Assembly (NCBI GenBank): GCA_045640525.1
Contig: JAZUFE010000007.1
Span: forward strand, 1,008-65,007
Origin: Lachnospiraceae bacterium
Lineage (GTDB): Bacteria > Bacillota > Clostridia > Lachnospirales > Lachnospiraceae
Length of the DNA: 64,000 nucleotides
Direction of reading: 5' to 3'
Positions within the stretch are counted from its first letter, which is position 1; each line of letters opens with the position of its first letter. The notes beneath the pieces are model-generated. The model was not told the origin of the DNA. It worked only from the letters and a program-made list of their open reading frames with translations, and ran no database searches. The position numbers were made by a program, and so were the translations under genes. Positions 8,502-15,974 of the stretch are shown here, one piece after another.

Positions 8502-9461
8502 ATGATAAAGATAACCGATGTTGCCAAAGCAGCCGGAGTTTCACCCTCTACAGTGTCAAATGTTCTTAACGGAAAGAAGAATGTCGGAGAAGCCACGCGC
8601 CTGAAAATACTGAGTTTATGTGAAGAACTGAACTACGCTCCCAATATAATCGGAAAAACTCTGAAAGAAGGAAGTGTCAAAACAATACTATTTGTTTTCA
8701 GTGATTTCGACAGACAATTCTATCTGAAAATCATTCAGGGAATCAGTGATTATGTATATTCCAAAGGATATGATCTTCTGATTTGTACCAATCAGAATTG
8801 CGAAAAATATATGAATCCGTCAATGACCTGCGGATGTATCATGCTGGATGTCAACAGTACTGATATGACTATAATCAGGAAAGCTTCAAGAGATTATCCC
8901 ATAGTTGTTTTGGATAGAGTAATCAGTGAGCCTTATATCAAAAGCATGCTTGTAAACAATTATGCTCCCGAAAAGGAATTAATCGAAACTCTAATCAAAA
9001 AGGGATGTAAACGCTTCGCTTTTTTGGGTGGGCTTGACACATTGGATACCAAGGAACGTTATCGGGCACTCATCGATACACTTGAAGCAAATCATCTAAC
9101 GCTCAAGCGTGAAGACTATTATGCAGGTGATTTCAGAGAAAAGAGCGGTCATCAGGCAGCCAGGCTTATTATGTTGAAAGAAAGTCTGCCCGATGTATTG
9201 GTATGTGCCAATGATGATATGGCAATAGGTGCTATCAGAACTTTTAAAGAGAACGGAATCCGAGTTCCCGACGGTTTATCCGTTGTCGGTTTCGACGATA
9301 CAGAACTTGCTCAGGCAATAGGTCTTACAACAATCAAAATACCGAATTATGAAAGAGGATATATTGCTGCACAGTATCTTGTTGAAGGAATTGAAGGAAC
9401 CGGCGACTATTCCGAATTCAAAATATCCGCCAATATCAAATGGCGCAAAACGACTATTTAG
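8502..9461 (+). CDS. LacI-family transcriptional regulator
   Basis: N-terminal HTH IKITDVAKAAGVSPSTVSNVLNG followed by a periplasmic-binding-protein-like sugar-binding core. The ORF begins at 8496, but the ATG at 8502 has better spacing from the GGAAAGGA RBS. It is divergent from the sugar operon. Confidence 0.9.
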   Translation: MIKITDVAKAAGVSPSTVSNVLNGKKNVGEATRLKILSLCEELNYAPNIIGKTLKEGSVKTILFVFSDFDRQFYLKIIQGISDYVYSKGYDLLICTNQNCEKYMNPSMTCGCIMLDVNSTDMTIIRKASRDYPIVVLDRVISEPYIKSMLVNNYAPEKELIETLIKKGCKRFAFLGGLDTLDTKERYRALIDTLEANHLTLKREDYYAGDFREKSGHQAARLIMLKESLPDVLVCANDDMAIGAIRTFKENGIRVPDGLSVVGFDDTELAQAIGLTTIKIPNYERGYIAAQYLVEGIEGTGDYSEFKISANIKWRKTTI

Positions 9462-9518
9462 CGCATACCATTTCGCATGCTGTCGTTAACAAACGCCCCT
9501 GTTTTACATCAATATAAT

Positions 9519-9546
9519 AAACGGGAGACATCAATGTCTCCCGTTT
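9519..9546. terminator. Bidirectional terminator between the regulator (+) and the end of the fla/che operon (-)
   Basis: Perfect 12-bp stem AAACGGGAGACA (9519-9530) pairs with TGTCTCCCGTTT (9535-9546), with a 4-nt loop and T-rich flanks on both strands. It overlaps the stop codon of the 9545-10282 gene. Confidence 0.65.
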
Positions 9547-10282
9547 ATTTACCGGCAATTATTTTAGCCACCTCTTCTTCGGTACTTCCCTTCGGAATCG
9601 TATAATCTCCGGCATATATATGCCTGTCCATTCCCGTGCTGCACAAATAGTTATCAAATTTCACAGCATCGGCAACCAATCCTTTTGAAACCAAATTCTT
9701 GGCTACCGCATATGATCCCTCTCCCTGACTGACCTTAAATGAAATCGCATCCTTGGCCAAAACGTCAGTCTCAGGTGCCTTGGTAGGTTCAGAGGTTTTA
9801 GTCGATTCCGGTTCCTTGGTAGGCTCCGGAGCTTTCGTAGGTTCGGGGGCCTTAGTCGGTTCAGGTTCCTTCGTTTGCTCGGGTTCCTTCGTTGTTTCAG
9901 GCTCCTTAGTCGGATTTTGATTCTCCACCACATTAATCAATGCAGCCTCCTCATCCGGAGACAAAGTAGCTTCCGGATTGGAATTATTTGCATCGGCTGA
10001 ATCAATAACTTCATCAATTGTGGTTGGAACGCTTTCATCTTGAGTTACCTGCTCATCCTCTGAAGTTTCGACAACAGTATCTTGGTCGCCGTCATCTTTT
10101 TGAGAATTTGCAACGGTATCGGCGAGTGTCTTGTTTTCCTCTACCATTCCCAAAGCCGATGCTCGTGCCTTAATTTGAGCGTCAGTCAATTCCGTATTGT
10201 TCTTGGACGCAATAACCAACATAATTATTGCCGTCACCAATATTCCGATACCTAAGCCTCTTAGGTAATACTTAAGGTTCAT
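9545..10282 (-). CDS. Membrane-anchored protein with a Pro/Thr/Lys/Glu hexapeptide repeat linker; C-terminal domain resembles the LysM-like N-domain of MltG/YceG
   Basis: 245 aa. N-terminal TM segment LGIGILVTAIIMLVIA, an acidic linker, about 8 copies of (P)TKEPE/PTKAPE, and the C-terminal FKVSQGEGSYAVAKNLVSKGLV...GDYTIPKGSTEEEVAKII. The domain resemblance is by eye only. Confidence 0.6.
   Translation of the reverse strand: MNLKYYLRGLGIGILVTAIIMLVIASKNNTELTDAQIKARASALGMVEENKTLADTVANSQKDDGDQDTVVETSEDEQVTQDESVPTTIDEVIDSADANNSNPEATLSPDEEAALINVVENQNPTKEPETTKEPEQTKEPEPTKAPEPTKAPEPTKEPESTKTSEPTKAPETDVLAKDAISFKVSQGEGSYAVAKNLVSKGLVADAVKFDNYLCSTGMDRHIYAGDYTIPKGSTEEEVAKIIAGK
9770..9913 (-). repeat. 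Tandem 18-nt (hexapeptide PTKEPE/PTKAPE) coding repeats
   Basis: Protein residues 124-171 read PTKEPETTKEPEQTKEPEPTKAPEPTKAPEPTKEPESTKTSEPTKAPE. An imperfect 18-nt periodicity is visible in the DNA. Confidence 0.8.
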
Positions 10283-10284
10283 TC

Positions 10285-11253
10285 TTACATTCCTTCAAAC
10301 AAATCTATAACTAATTTTACTTCACCAAGGCCAAGTCCGAGTTCTTTGGCAATAGCCATATTCGACTTACCGGCATTATGAAGTTCCAATATCTTGTCAT
10401 TATTATTTCTTCCGCCAACAGTCTTACCTACAGAATCAACTCCCAGATTAAGATTCGGTCCTTCCTTCGGCGTTCTGTTTTCAATACTTTCTTCTTTGGT
10501 GATGAGCTCAAGATTAGTATCAAATGCAGCATCTGCCGCAGCAAAACTATTTTCAAAAACAACCGCCTCTTCCTTAACCTTAGGTTTGGTAGTACGTCTC
10601 TTCCTTGGTTTGGGTTCTTCAATTTCAATAACCGGAGGTGTAAACGGTGTAAAATCTATCTTCGGTTCTTCTTCAGCAATCGGTTCATTGACAGTAGCCG
10701 CATCACTCATGGATTTCAATTCTTTCAATCGTTCAATAGCCGACGTTTGTGACGACATCTGAGCAGTTTGAGCATTCCTTGCTGCTTCCATTGCAGCGTC
10801 TTTTGCTTCCATAACCTGCTCCTTGGTTTCTTGAGCCGTAATTGCAGCATCCATAGCGGCTTGTTTGGCTTCGGAAGTCTTTCTGTCCATTTCCGAAACC
10901 GCATCTTTGATATTCTCATGCTTATCATTCAGCATATCATATAAAAATACAACTTCCTGATGATTTTTATTAATCTCAGAAAGGACGGTATCCGAATATT
11001 CGTTTACCGCCATCATCTTCTCGTTGGTCATTCTGTCCATACTACGTTCTGTCTTTTCCATTGCGTAGTTTATCGTTTCATCAACGATATCATTAATCTG
11101 AACCTTCGCAGACTCAACCTCTTTGCCCACAAGGTCTTTGATTACCTCTTCACTGAATTCAGTTGCCTTTTCGTCATCTGTCTTAACCGGGATAAGGAAG
11201 CTGATAACAAACACCGCCACTCCCAATGCCAAGAGTACATATCCAATCATCAT
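10285..11253 (-). CDS. Single-pass membrane protein with a coiled-coil region and a C-terminal helix-turn-helix
   Basis: 322 aa. N-terminal TM segment IGYVLLALGVAVFVISFLIPV, a long Ala/Glu/Lys/Gln-rich helical region, and a basic patch KPRKRRTTKPK. The C-terminal NNDKILELHNAGKSNMAIAKELGLGLGEVKLVIDLFEGM looks like a sigma-70 region-4/LuxR-type HTH. A 4-nt overlap with the upstream gene suggests coupling. Confidence 0.65.
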   Translation of the reverse strand: MMIGYVLLALGVAVFVISFLIPVKTDDEKATEFSEEVIKDLVGKEVESAKVQINDIVDETINYAMEKTERSMDRMTNEKMMAVNEYSDTVLSEINKNHQEVVFLYDMLNDKHENIKDAVSEMDRKTSEAKQAAMDAAITAQETKEQVMEAKDAAMEAARNAQTAQMSSQTSAIERLKELKSMSDAATVNEPIAEEEPKIDFTPFTPPVIEIEEPKPRKRRTTKPKVKEEAVVFENSFAAADAAFDTNLELITKEESIENRTPKEGPNLNLGVDSVGKTVGGRNNNDKILELHNAGKSNMAIAKELGLGLGEVKLVIDLFEGM

Positions 11254-11564
11254 ATCTTTATATCAAAACCATGTTGAACGCCTTTTAATAAGACCTTCCC
11301 GTCCTGCTCCTTCTTATTTCTGTCTTTGCCGCCGTCACCTTGATAATGGTTAGAACCCTCTTCTTTGGCATCAAATTTCTTTTGGCGGTTTTCCGAATGT
11401 TCCGCATCGTTTACATGATGTAGCTTAATATCAGCGGATTTGGTTGTCTGTTGAGCCAAATTGGACTGTTCAACCATTCCTCTGGTATCTTCATTATGTT
11501 TAATATTGGTAAAGTCCTGAGCTCTTAACGTCTGTCCTTGGAGTTCAACCCTGGAAATTGTCAT
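11250..11564 (-). CDS. Small hydrophilic hypothetical protein (104 aa)
   Basis: ATG start. Charged and His-rich with no TM segment. Its stop overlaps the next start (ATGA-type coupling). No family recognised. Confidence 0.5.
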   Translation of the reverse strand: MTISRVELQGQTLRAQDFTNIKHNEDTRGMVEQSNLAQQTTKSADIKLHHVNDAEHSENRQKKFDAKEEGSNHYQGDGGKDRNKKEQDGKVLLKGVQHGFDIKI

Positions 11565-11578
11565 AACCTGCCACCTGC

Positions 11579-13180
11579 TTATAATGCCTGCATCTTAACA
11601 TCGCCGTCAATCTTCTTAAAGCGACAATACTTCATTGTGGACTTAACTATCATCGAAACATCCGAAATGCATATTTTGGTTCCGGCATATACTTCACCTG
11701 AAACTTCCACCACGGAATCCGTTGTAGTATCCAAAACGTCTTCCAATGAATCATATTCTGTCTGCATTTCTTCAAGCTGCATCTTATGAGCTTTGTCTTC
11801 CTCGAGAATCGATTTCATATATAATTTCTGATCCATCGACAAAGAAGCTCCCGACTGCATTTTAGCCATAAAGCCGGCAATCGTGGGTTTGGACTGTTCA
11901 ATTGCCTTTTGCATATCCTGTATGCCTTTTTGAAGCTGCTGAATTCGAATCTTTACACCGGGATCCGCGCCAACTTCAATAACCGTATCCGCACCCATTT
12001 CCGATCCTAAATTTCGCACCTGAATTTTATTTTTGGCAGATACACGGCCTCCGGTAATGAACCCTTTTCTGCCGTTAACAACAATATCCGTACCGGCACT
12101 CACGTTACTGTGCAGAATAAGATCGGTCTCAATGAAGCCGGCTGCCGTTGCCGTCGAATTTTCAATAAATTTGGACAGTATGTTGTTTCCAGCCTTCAAA
12201 GTTCCCTTGCCCATACCCTTCATTCCTCGGGCGATAATTATATCAACTCCTGCCTCTATTTCAGCGCCTTCAACGACACCTTTTACGGTAACGCTTCCAC
12301 CTGCCTTGACCTTGAAATTTTCCTGAACATTACCAAGAATTGTTATATTTCCATCGTAATCTATGTTACCCGTTGCCGGACCTACATTATCAAGTTCCAT
12401 AACATCGGAAAGGAAAACCTTGTCATCTGCCAAAGATACGTGCCCGTTAATATCAGCAGTCATAACCATTCCGTCCTCCGAAATAGTTATGTTTCTTCCA
12501 CATTTGAGAACCCTGCGTTTAACCTCGGCAGCTTTGATTACTTCACCGAAAACAGTAGTTCCGTTAACTCCTCTTACTTCCGGTATTAATCTTGCCAAGA
12601 TATCACCTGCCTTAACGGAAGAGAATGTCTTCAGGTTAAAGAAATCAACAGTTCCGTCTTCGTTATGTGCAGGTTTCATGCTAAGTTCGGTATCGAAATA
12701 ATATTCAATTTTCGCACTTTGTCCCTGCTGTACTTCTTCGCCTTGAGCAACAACGAAATCGGTACAGTATTGCGGTGCGTTAAAAAAGGCTCTTATTCGG
12801 GCCTCATCAATTCCAAATTTAACGCCCTTCATTCCAAGTTCCTGAATAAACTCTTCTGCTGAAAGCCTCACGCCTTTCATTGAGGGCGGATATAATCGCA
12901 TCGTAAGTGTCATTTTGTCCGGAGTTGCTTTAAGGAGATAACTCTCCTTTATTTCTCCGATCATATCTTTGTTTAACAAAACTAAATGGTCAGGCTTACC
13001 GGACGCTGCAAGTGCGTCGATACCCTGGCCAACAGTACTGGCTGTATATAATATACCTTTATTTGATAAGTATTCAGTGATTTCTTTGGCACTAACCATT
13101 TCACCGCCATCGGTTGGTGCAACGAGTTTCAATATGGTTCCGTTTGGAGTACATCCAATCCTAAAATAACCATTACTCAT
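11579..13180 (-). CDS. FapA-family (DUF342) flagellar-assembly-associated protein
   Basis: 533 aa. The N-terminal GYFRIGCTPNGTILKLVAP region is followed by a long run of Gly-rich beta-helix-like repeats (VTVKGVVEGAEIEAGVDIII..., GFIETDLILHSNVSAGTDIVV..., ITGGRVSAKNKIQVRNLGS) and a C-terminal coiled coil, as in DUF342/FapA proteins. It overlaps the sigD stop by 4 nt. Confidence 0.7.
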   Translation of the reverse strand: MSNGYFRIGCTPNGTILKLVAPTDGGEMVSAKEITEYLSNKGILYTASTVGQGIDALAASGKPDHLVLLNKDMIGEIKESYLLKATPDKMTLTMRLYPPSMKGVRLSAEEFIQELGMKGVKFGIDEARIRAFFNAPQYCTDFVVAQGEEVQQGQSAKIEYYFDTELSMKPAHNEDGTVDFFNLKTFSSVKAGDILARLIPEVRGVNGTTVFGEVIKAAEVKRRVLKCGRNITISEDGMVMTADINGHVSLADDKVFLSDVMELDNVGPATGNIDYDGNITILGNVQENFKVKAGGSVTVKGVVEGAEIEAGVDIIIARGMKGMGKGTLKAGNNILSKFIENSTATAAGFIETDLILHSNVSAGTDIVVNGRKGFITGGRVSAKNKIQVRNLGSEMGADTVIEVGADPGVKIRIQQLQKGIQDMQKAIEQSKPTIAGFMAKMQSGASLSMDQKLYMKSILEEDKAHKMQLEEMQTEYDSLEDVLDTTTDSVVEVSGEVYAGTKICISDVSMIVKSTMKYCRFKKIDGDVKMQAL

Positions 13181-13941
13181 ACGTTAAATACCCCCATGTA
13201 ATCCCCCATCTTGGCTTTCATCTTCTGTAAAGCCTTAGTATGCAGCTGTGATACTCGAGACTCCGACACTTCAAGAATGTTGGCAATTTCCTTCAATGTC
13301 AGGTCTTCATAATAATAAAGCGTTACAACCTTTTGTTCCTTCTCCGTCAACAAAGATAACGCTTCTATAAGTTTCTGCTTGAGTTCCTCCTTATCAAGAG
13401 CTTCCTCCGGAGTTTCAAACCGATACTGCGTAGTCTGCTCTGTAGGAACCTCAGCCCCTGTTTCCATGAATTCATTGAGTGAAACGACTCCGGTAATCTT
13501 CATCTGCGACTGCATATCAGTATATTCATCCAAAGAAACGCCAAGTTTATCGGCTATTTCTTCGTCCGTTGCAGGTCGCCCTTGCGCAGCTTCGATTTCC
13601 TTCATTATAGTATCGATTTGGCGTTGGCGTTGTCTGATTGTTCTCGGAATCCAGTCCATTTTGCGAATTTGATCAAGAATTGAACCGCGAATACGTAATG
13701 AGGCATACGTCTCAAACTTAACGTCTTTCATCGTATCAAACTTGTCAATAGCATCAATCAATCCAAAGATACCATAGCTGCACAAATCTTCATACTCAAC
13801 GTTATATCCCAAATACATGCTCAAGCGTCCGGCTACAAGCTTAACCAACGGAGCATATTCCAATATCAATTGTTCGCGTACTTCCGCCGATTTGGTTCTC
13901 ACATAGTCAGACCAAAGTTTGGCTCTTTGCGCTTCATTCAT
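13177..13941 (-). CDS. sigD: Flagellar RNA polymerase sigma factor (sigma-28, FliA/SigD family)
   Basis: 254 aa. Region 2 YAPLVKLVAGRL...DLCSYGIFGLIDAIDKFD and region 4 EKEQKVVTLYYYEDLTLKEIANILEVSESRVSQLHTKAL. It sits after cheD as in the Bacillus fla/che operon. Confidence 0.9.
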   Translation of the reverse strand: MNEAQRAKLWSDYVRTKSAEVREQLILEYAPLVKLVAGRLSMYLGYNVEYEDLCSYGIFGLIDAIDKFDTMKDVKFETYASLRIRGSILDQIRKMDWIPRTIRQRQRQIDTIMKEIEAAQGRPATDEEIADKLGVSLDEYTDMQSQMKITGVVSLNEFMETGAEVPTEQTTQYRFETPEEALDKEELKQKLIEALSLLTEKEQKVVTLYYYEDLTLKEIANILEVSESRVSQLHTKALQKMKAKMGDYMGVFNV

Positions 13942-13965
13942 TTACTACCTACTCGCCCTCAATTA

Positions 13966-14313
13966 TTATAATTCCGGTCTCTCACGTTCCGGCATTTCTC
14001 CGGTTAACGGTGGAAGGGAATACTCTTCCTCACCATTATCGGATTCTTGTCCGGTTGCTTCTTCACCTGAAGCTTCCTTCTCAATAACGGCACCCTCAAG
14101 CTCTTCTCTTTGCCTTTCCAATTCTTCATTGGCTTCACAGAACTTATTCACACGTTTTTGTATCAGTGCGCCCAAGGTATAGAATACCACAAGGACAACA
14201 AGTAAAATCCATAACATGTCAATAAGCTTATATCCCCAATAAAGCATCATTCCCATCGCAATTGCTACAGCAAGCAATGTTAAGAAAGGAGCAAACAGCT
14301 TATTCTTTTTCAT
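13966..14313 (-). CDS. Small two-TM membrane protein with an acidic tail (115 aa)
   Basis: Two hydrophobic segments (FAPFLTLLAVAIAMGMMLYW and MLWILLVVLVVFYTLGALI) are followed by a Glu-rich tail. The ATGA overlap with the cheD stop supports translation. Confidence 0.55.
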   Translation of the reverse strand: MKKNKLFAPFLTLLAVAIAMGMMLYWGYKLIDMLWILLVVLVVFYTLGALIQKRVNKFCEANEELERQREELEGAVIEKEASGEEATGQESDNGEEEYSLPPLTGEMPERERPEL

Positions 14314-14798
14314 ATCTTCTTTTCCGGCTTTCCTACGGATTTGATTACATATTCTCCCGTAGCCGGATAAAAAATAACAGTACGACCGTAATTCTCACCC
14401 GTATCCTCAGCTATCAGCGGAATTTTCATTTCCTTGAGCATTGCCTTACAAGCTTCGACATTACGTTCACCGACTTTAACCATATCTGATTTGGCAGAAC
14501 CGAATGCAAACATCTGAGCTCCCCCGGCAATTTTGGCTACAAGTTTACTCATATTTGCACCCATCTTAACAAGTGCTGCCACCATATCGGTAATTCCCGT
14601 ATCGGCGAATTTAGCCCTGTTCGAATTATTTACAGTTTCTTTGCTGTTTGGAAGCATAACATGAGCCAACCCTCCGATTCCTGATTGAGGATCTCTGATT
14701 GCGACCCCGACACAAGATCCCAATCCCAAAGTTGTCACACCGTCTTCCTTTGTGCAAACCTTCCAATCGGCCATTCCGACCTTAATTATCTCACTCAT
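14310..14798 (-). CDS. cheD: Chemoreceptor glutamine deamidase CheD
   Basis: 162 aa. Motifs TLGLGSCVGVAIRDP and GGLAHVMLP. Confidence 0.9.
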   Translation of the reverse strand: MSEIIKVGMADWKVCTKEDGVTTLGLGSCVGVAIRDPQSGIGGLAHVMLPNSKETVNNSNRAKFADTGITDMVAALVKMGANMSKLVAKIAGGAQMFAFGSAKSDMVKVGERNVEACKAMLKEMKIPLIAEDTGENYGRTVIFYPATGEYVIKSVGKPEKKI

Positions 14799-14828
14799 TA
14801 CTACTCTCCATGTTCAAATCAAGTATAA

Positions 14829-15464
14829 TCACATAACTCCCAATGCGTGGAGTATCTTCTGATATGAATCCATATCCGGAATCAAAATGAAATAACCATC
14901 CAAATCAATATCATCAGAAAACTTGGTCTGAATCAGCAAGATATTGTCGCCCAGAATACCAAATTCCGCTGCCGGCACACTAAGTAATGCTCCGGCGTAG
15001 TCTATTCCCAACTGCGGAGGAGAAGGATATATCTTAAGATTGGTAATTGAAGACAATGCATTAAGATATGCACCTGTAATAATATTACCGACTTCCATCA
15101 TGGCCGATGTTTCCATCTCGCCAAACTCCATTTCCTCAATAGGGCGTTCAGGCATTCCAAGCATTCCCGCCATAAGTTTATTAACCAAATGTAAAGCTGA
15201 TTCCTGAGGCAAAGTAAACATCATACTTCCATCAATATCACCTTCAACCTGAAGATAAATACCTACAAGAATCTGTTCTTCTCCACCCAAAAGTTCTCCG
15301 AGTTCTGCGAACTCAAGAAGTCTTACCTGGGGAACCATCATATCAACTTTACAATTAATCAGTTCCGCCAATGCAGTAGTAGCATTACCTGCACCGATAT
15401 TACCGAGTTCTTTCAAGACATCGAAATAATCTCGTGTCAATTTTTCCATGCTTAGATCAGACAT
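14829..15464 (-). CDS. cheC: CheY-P phosphatase CheC
   Basis: 211 aa. It carries the duplicated CheC motifs LKELGNIGAGNATTALAELI and EVGNIITGAYLNALS. Confidence 0.9.
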   Translation of the reverse strand: MSDLSMEKLTRDYFDVLKELGNIGAGNATTALAELINCKVDMMVPQVRLLEFAELGELLGGEEQILVGIYLQVEGDIDGSMMFTLPQESALHLVNKLMAGMLGMPERPIEEMEFGEMETSAMMEVGNIITGAYLNALSSITNLKIYPSPPQLGIDYAGALLSVPAAEFGILGDNILLIQTKFSDDIDLDGYFILIPDMDSYQKILHALGVM

Positions 15465-15479
15465 AATCCCTCCCGGCTG

Positions 15480-15956
15480 TTACTTTTCAGCACAAACAGC
15501 ATTCATATCAAGTAGTGAAATCAACTGAGAATCGTTCTTACCTACTCCGAATACAAAATTCTGCTTTTCTTCAGTTCCGTCGTATGCTGTTTTCTCAATT
15601 TGAATTTCACTTAATGTAACAACTTCTTTTACTTCATCTACTATGAATCCCAGCAATCCATACTGTTCAACTTTAAGAATAATAATTCTGGATGCTTTGG
15701 TATCTTCTACCTCTTCCAAATTCATCTTAAGTCTCAAATTAAGAACCGGGATTACTTCACCTCTTAAATTGATAACACCCTTAATATATGCCGGTACATG
15801 GGGAACTCTTGTGATACTCTGCATTCTTACAATATTATCAATGTATTTAATATCTATACCATACTGCTCATGACCGAGTTTAATAACGATGTATTGAACC
15901 TTTTCACCTTCGTCAATAATCAAATCCGCATTGGTTACTCTTACTTCATCTGCCAT
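15480..15956 (-). CDS. cheW: Chemotaxis coupling protein CheW
   Basis: 158 aa. Motifs YIVIKLGHEQYGIDIKYIDNIV and GVINLRGEVIPVLNLR. Confidence 0.92.
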   Translation of the reverse strand: MADEVRVTNADLIIDEGEKVQYIVIKLGHEQYGIDIKYIDNIVRMQSITRVPHVPAYIKGVINLRGEVIPVLNLRLKMNLEEVEDTKASRIIILKVEQYGLLGFIVDEVKEVVTLSEIQIEKTAYDGTEEKQNFVFGVGKNDSQLISLLDMNAVCAEK

Positions 15957-15974
15957 CTTACTATCCCCCTATTC

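Noticed and set aside
9703-9933. Arg/Lys/Pro-rich alternative-frame ORFs over repeat regions (9703-9933, 34259-34453, 17105-17293, 27897-28127, 51501-51845).
   Set aside because: They are frame-shifted readings of the Pro/Thr/Glu/Ala repeat tracts of real genes. Low-complexity coding repeats generate open frames in several phases.
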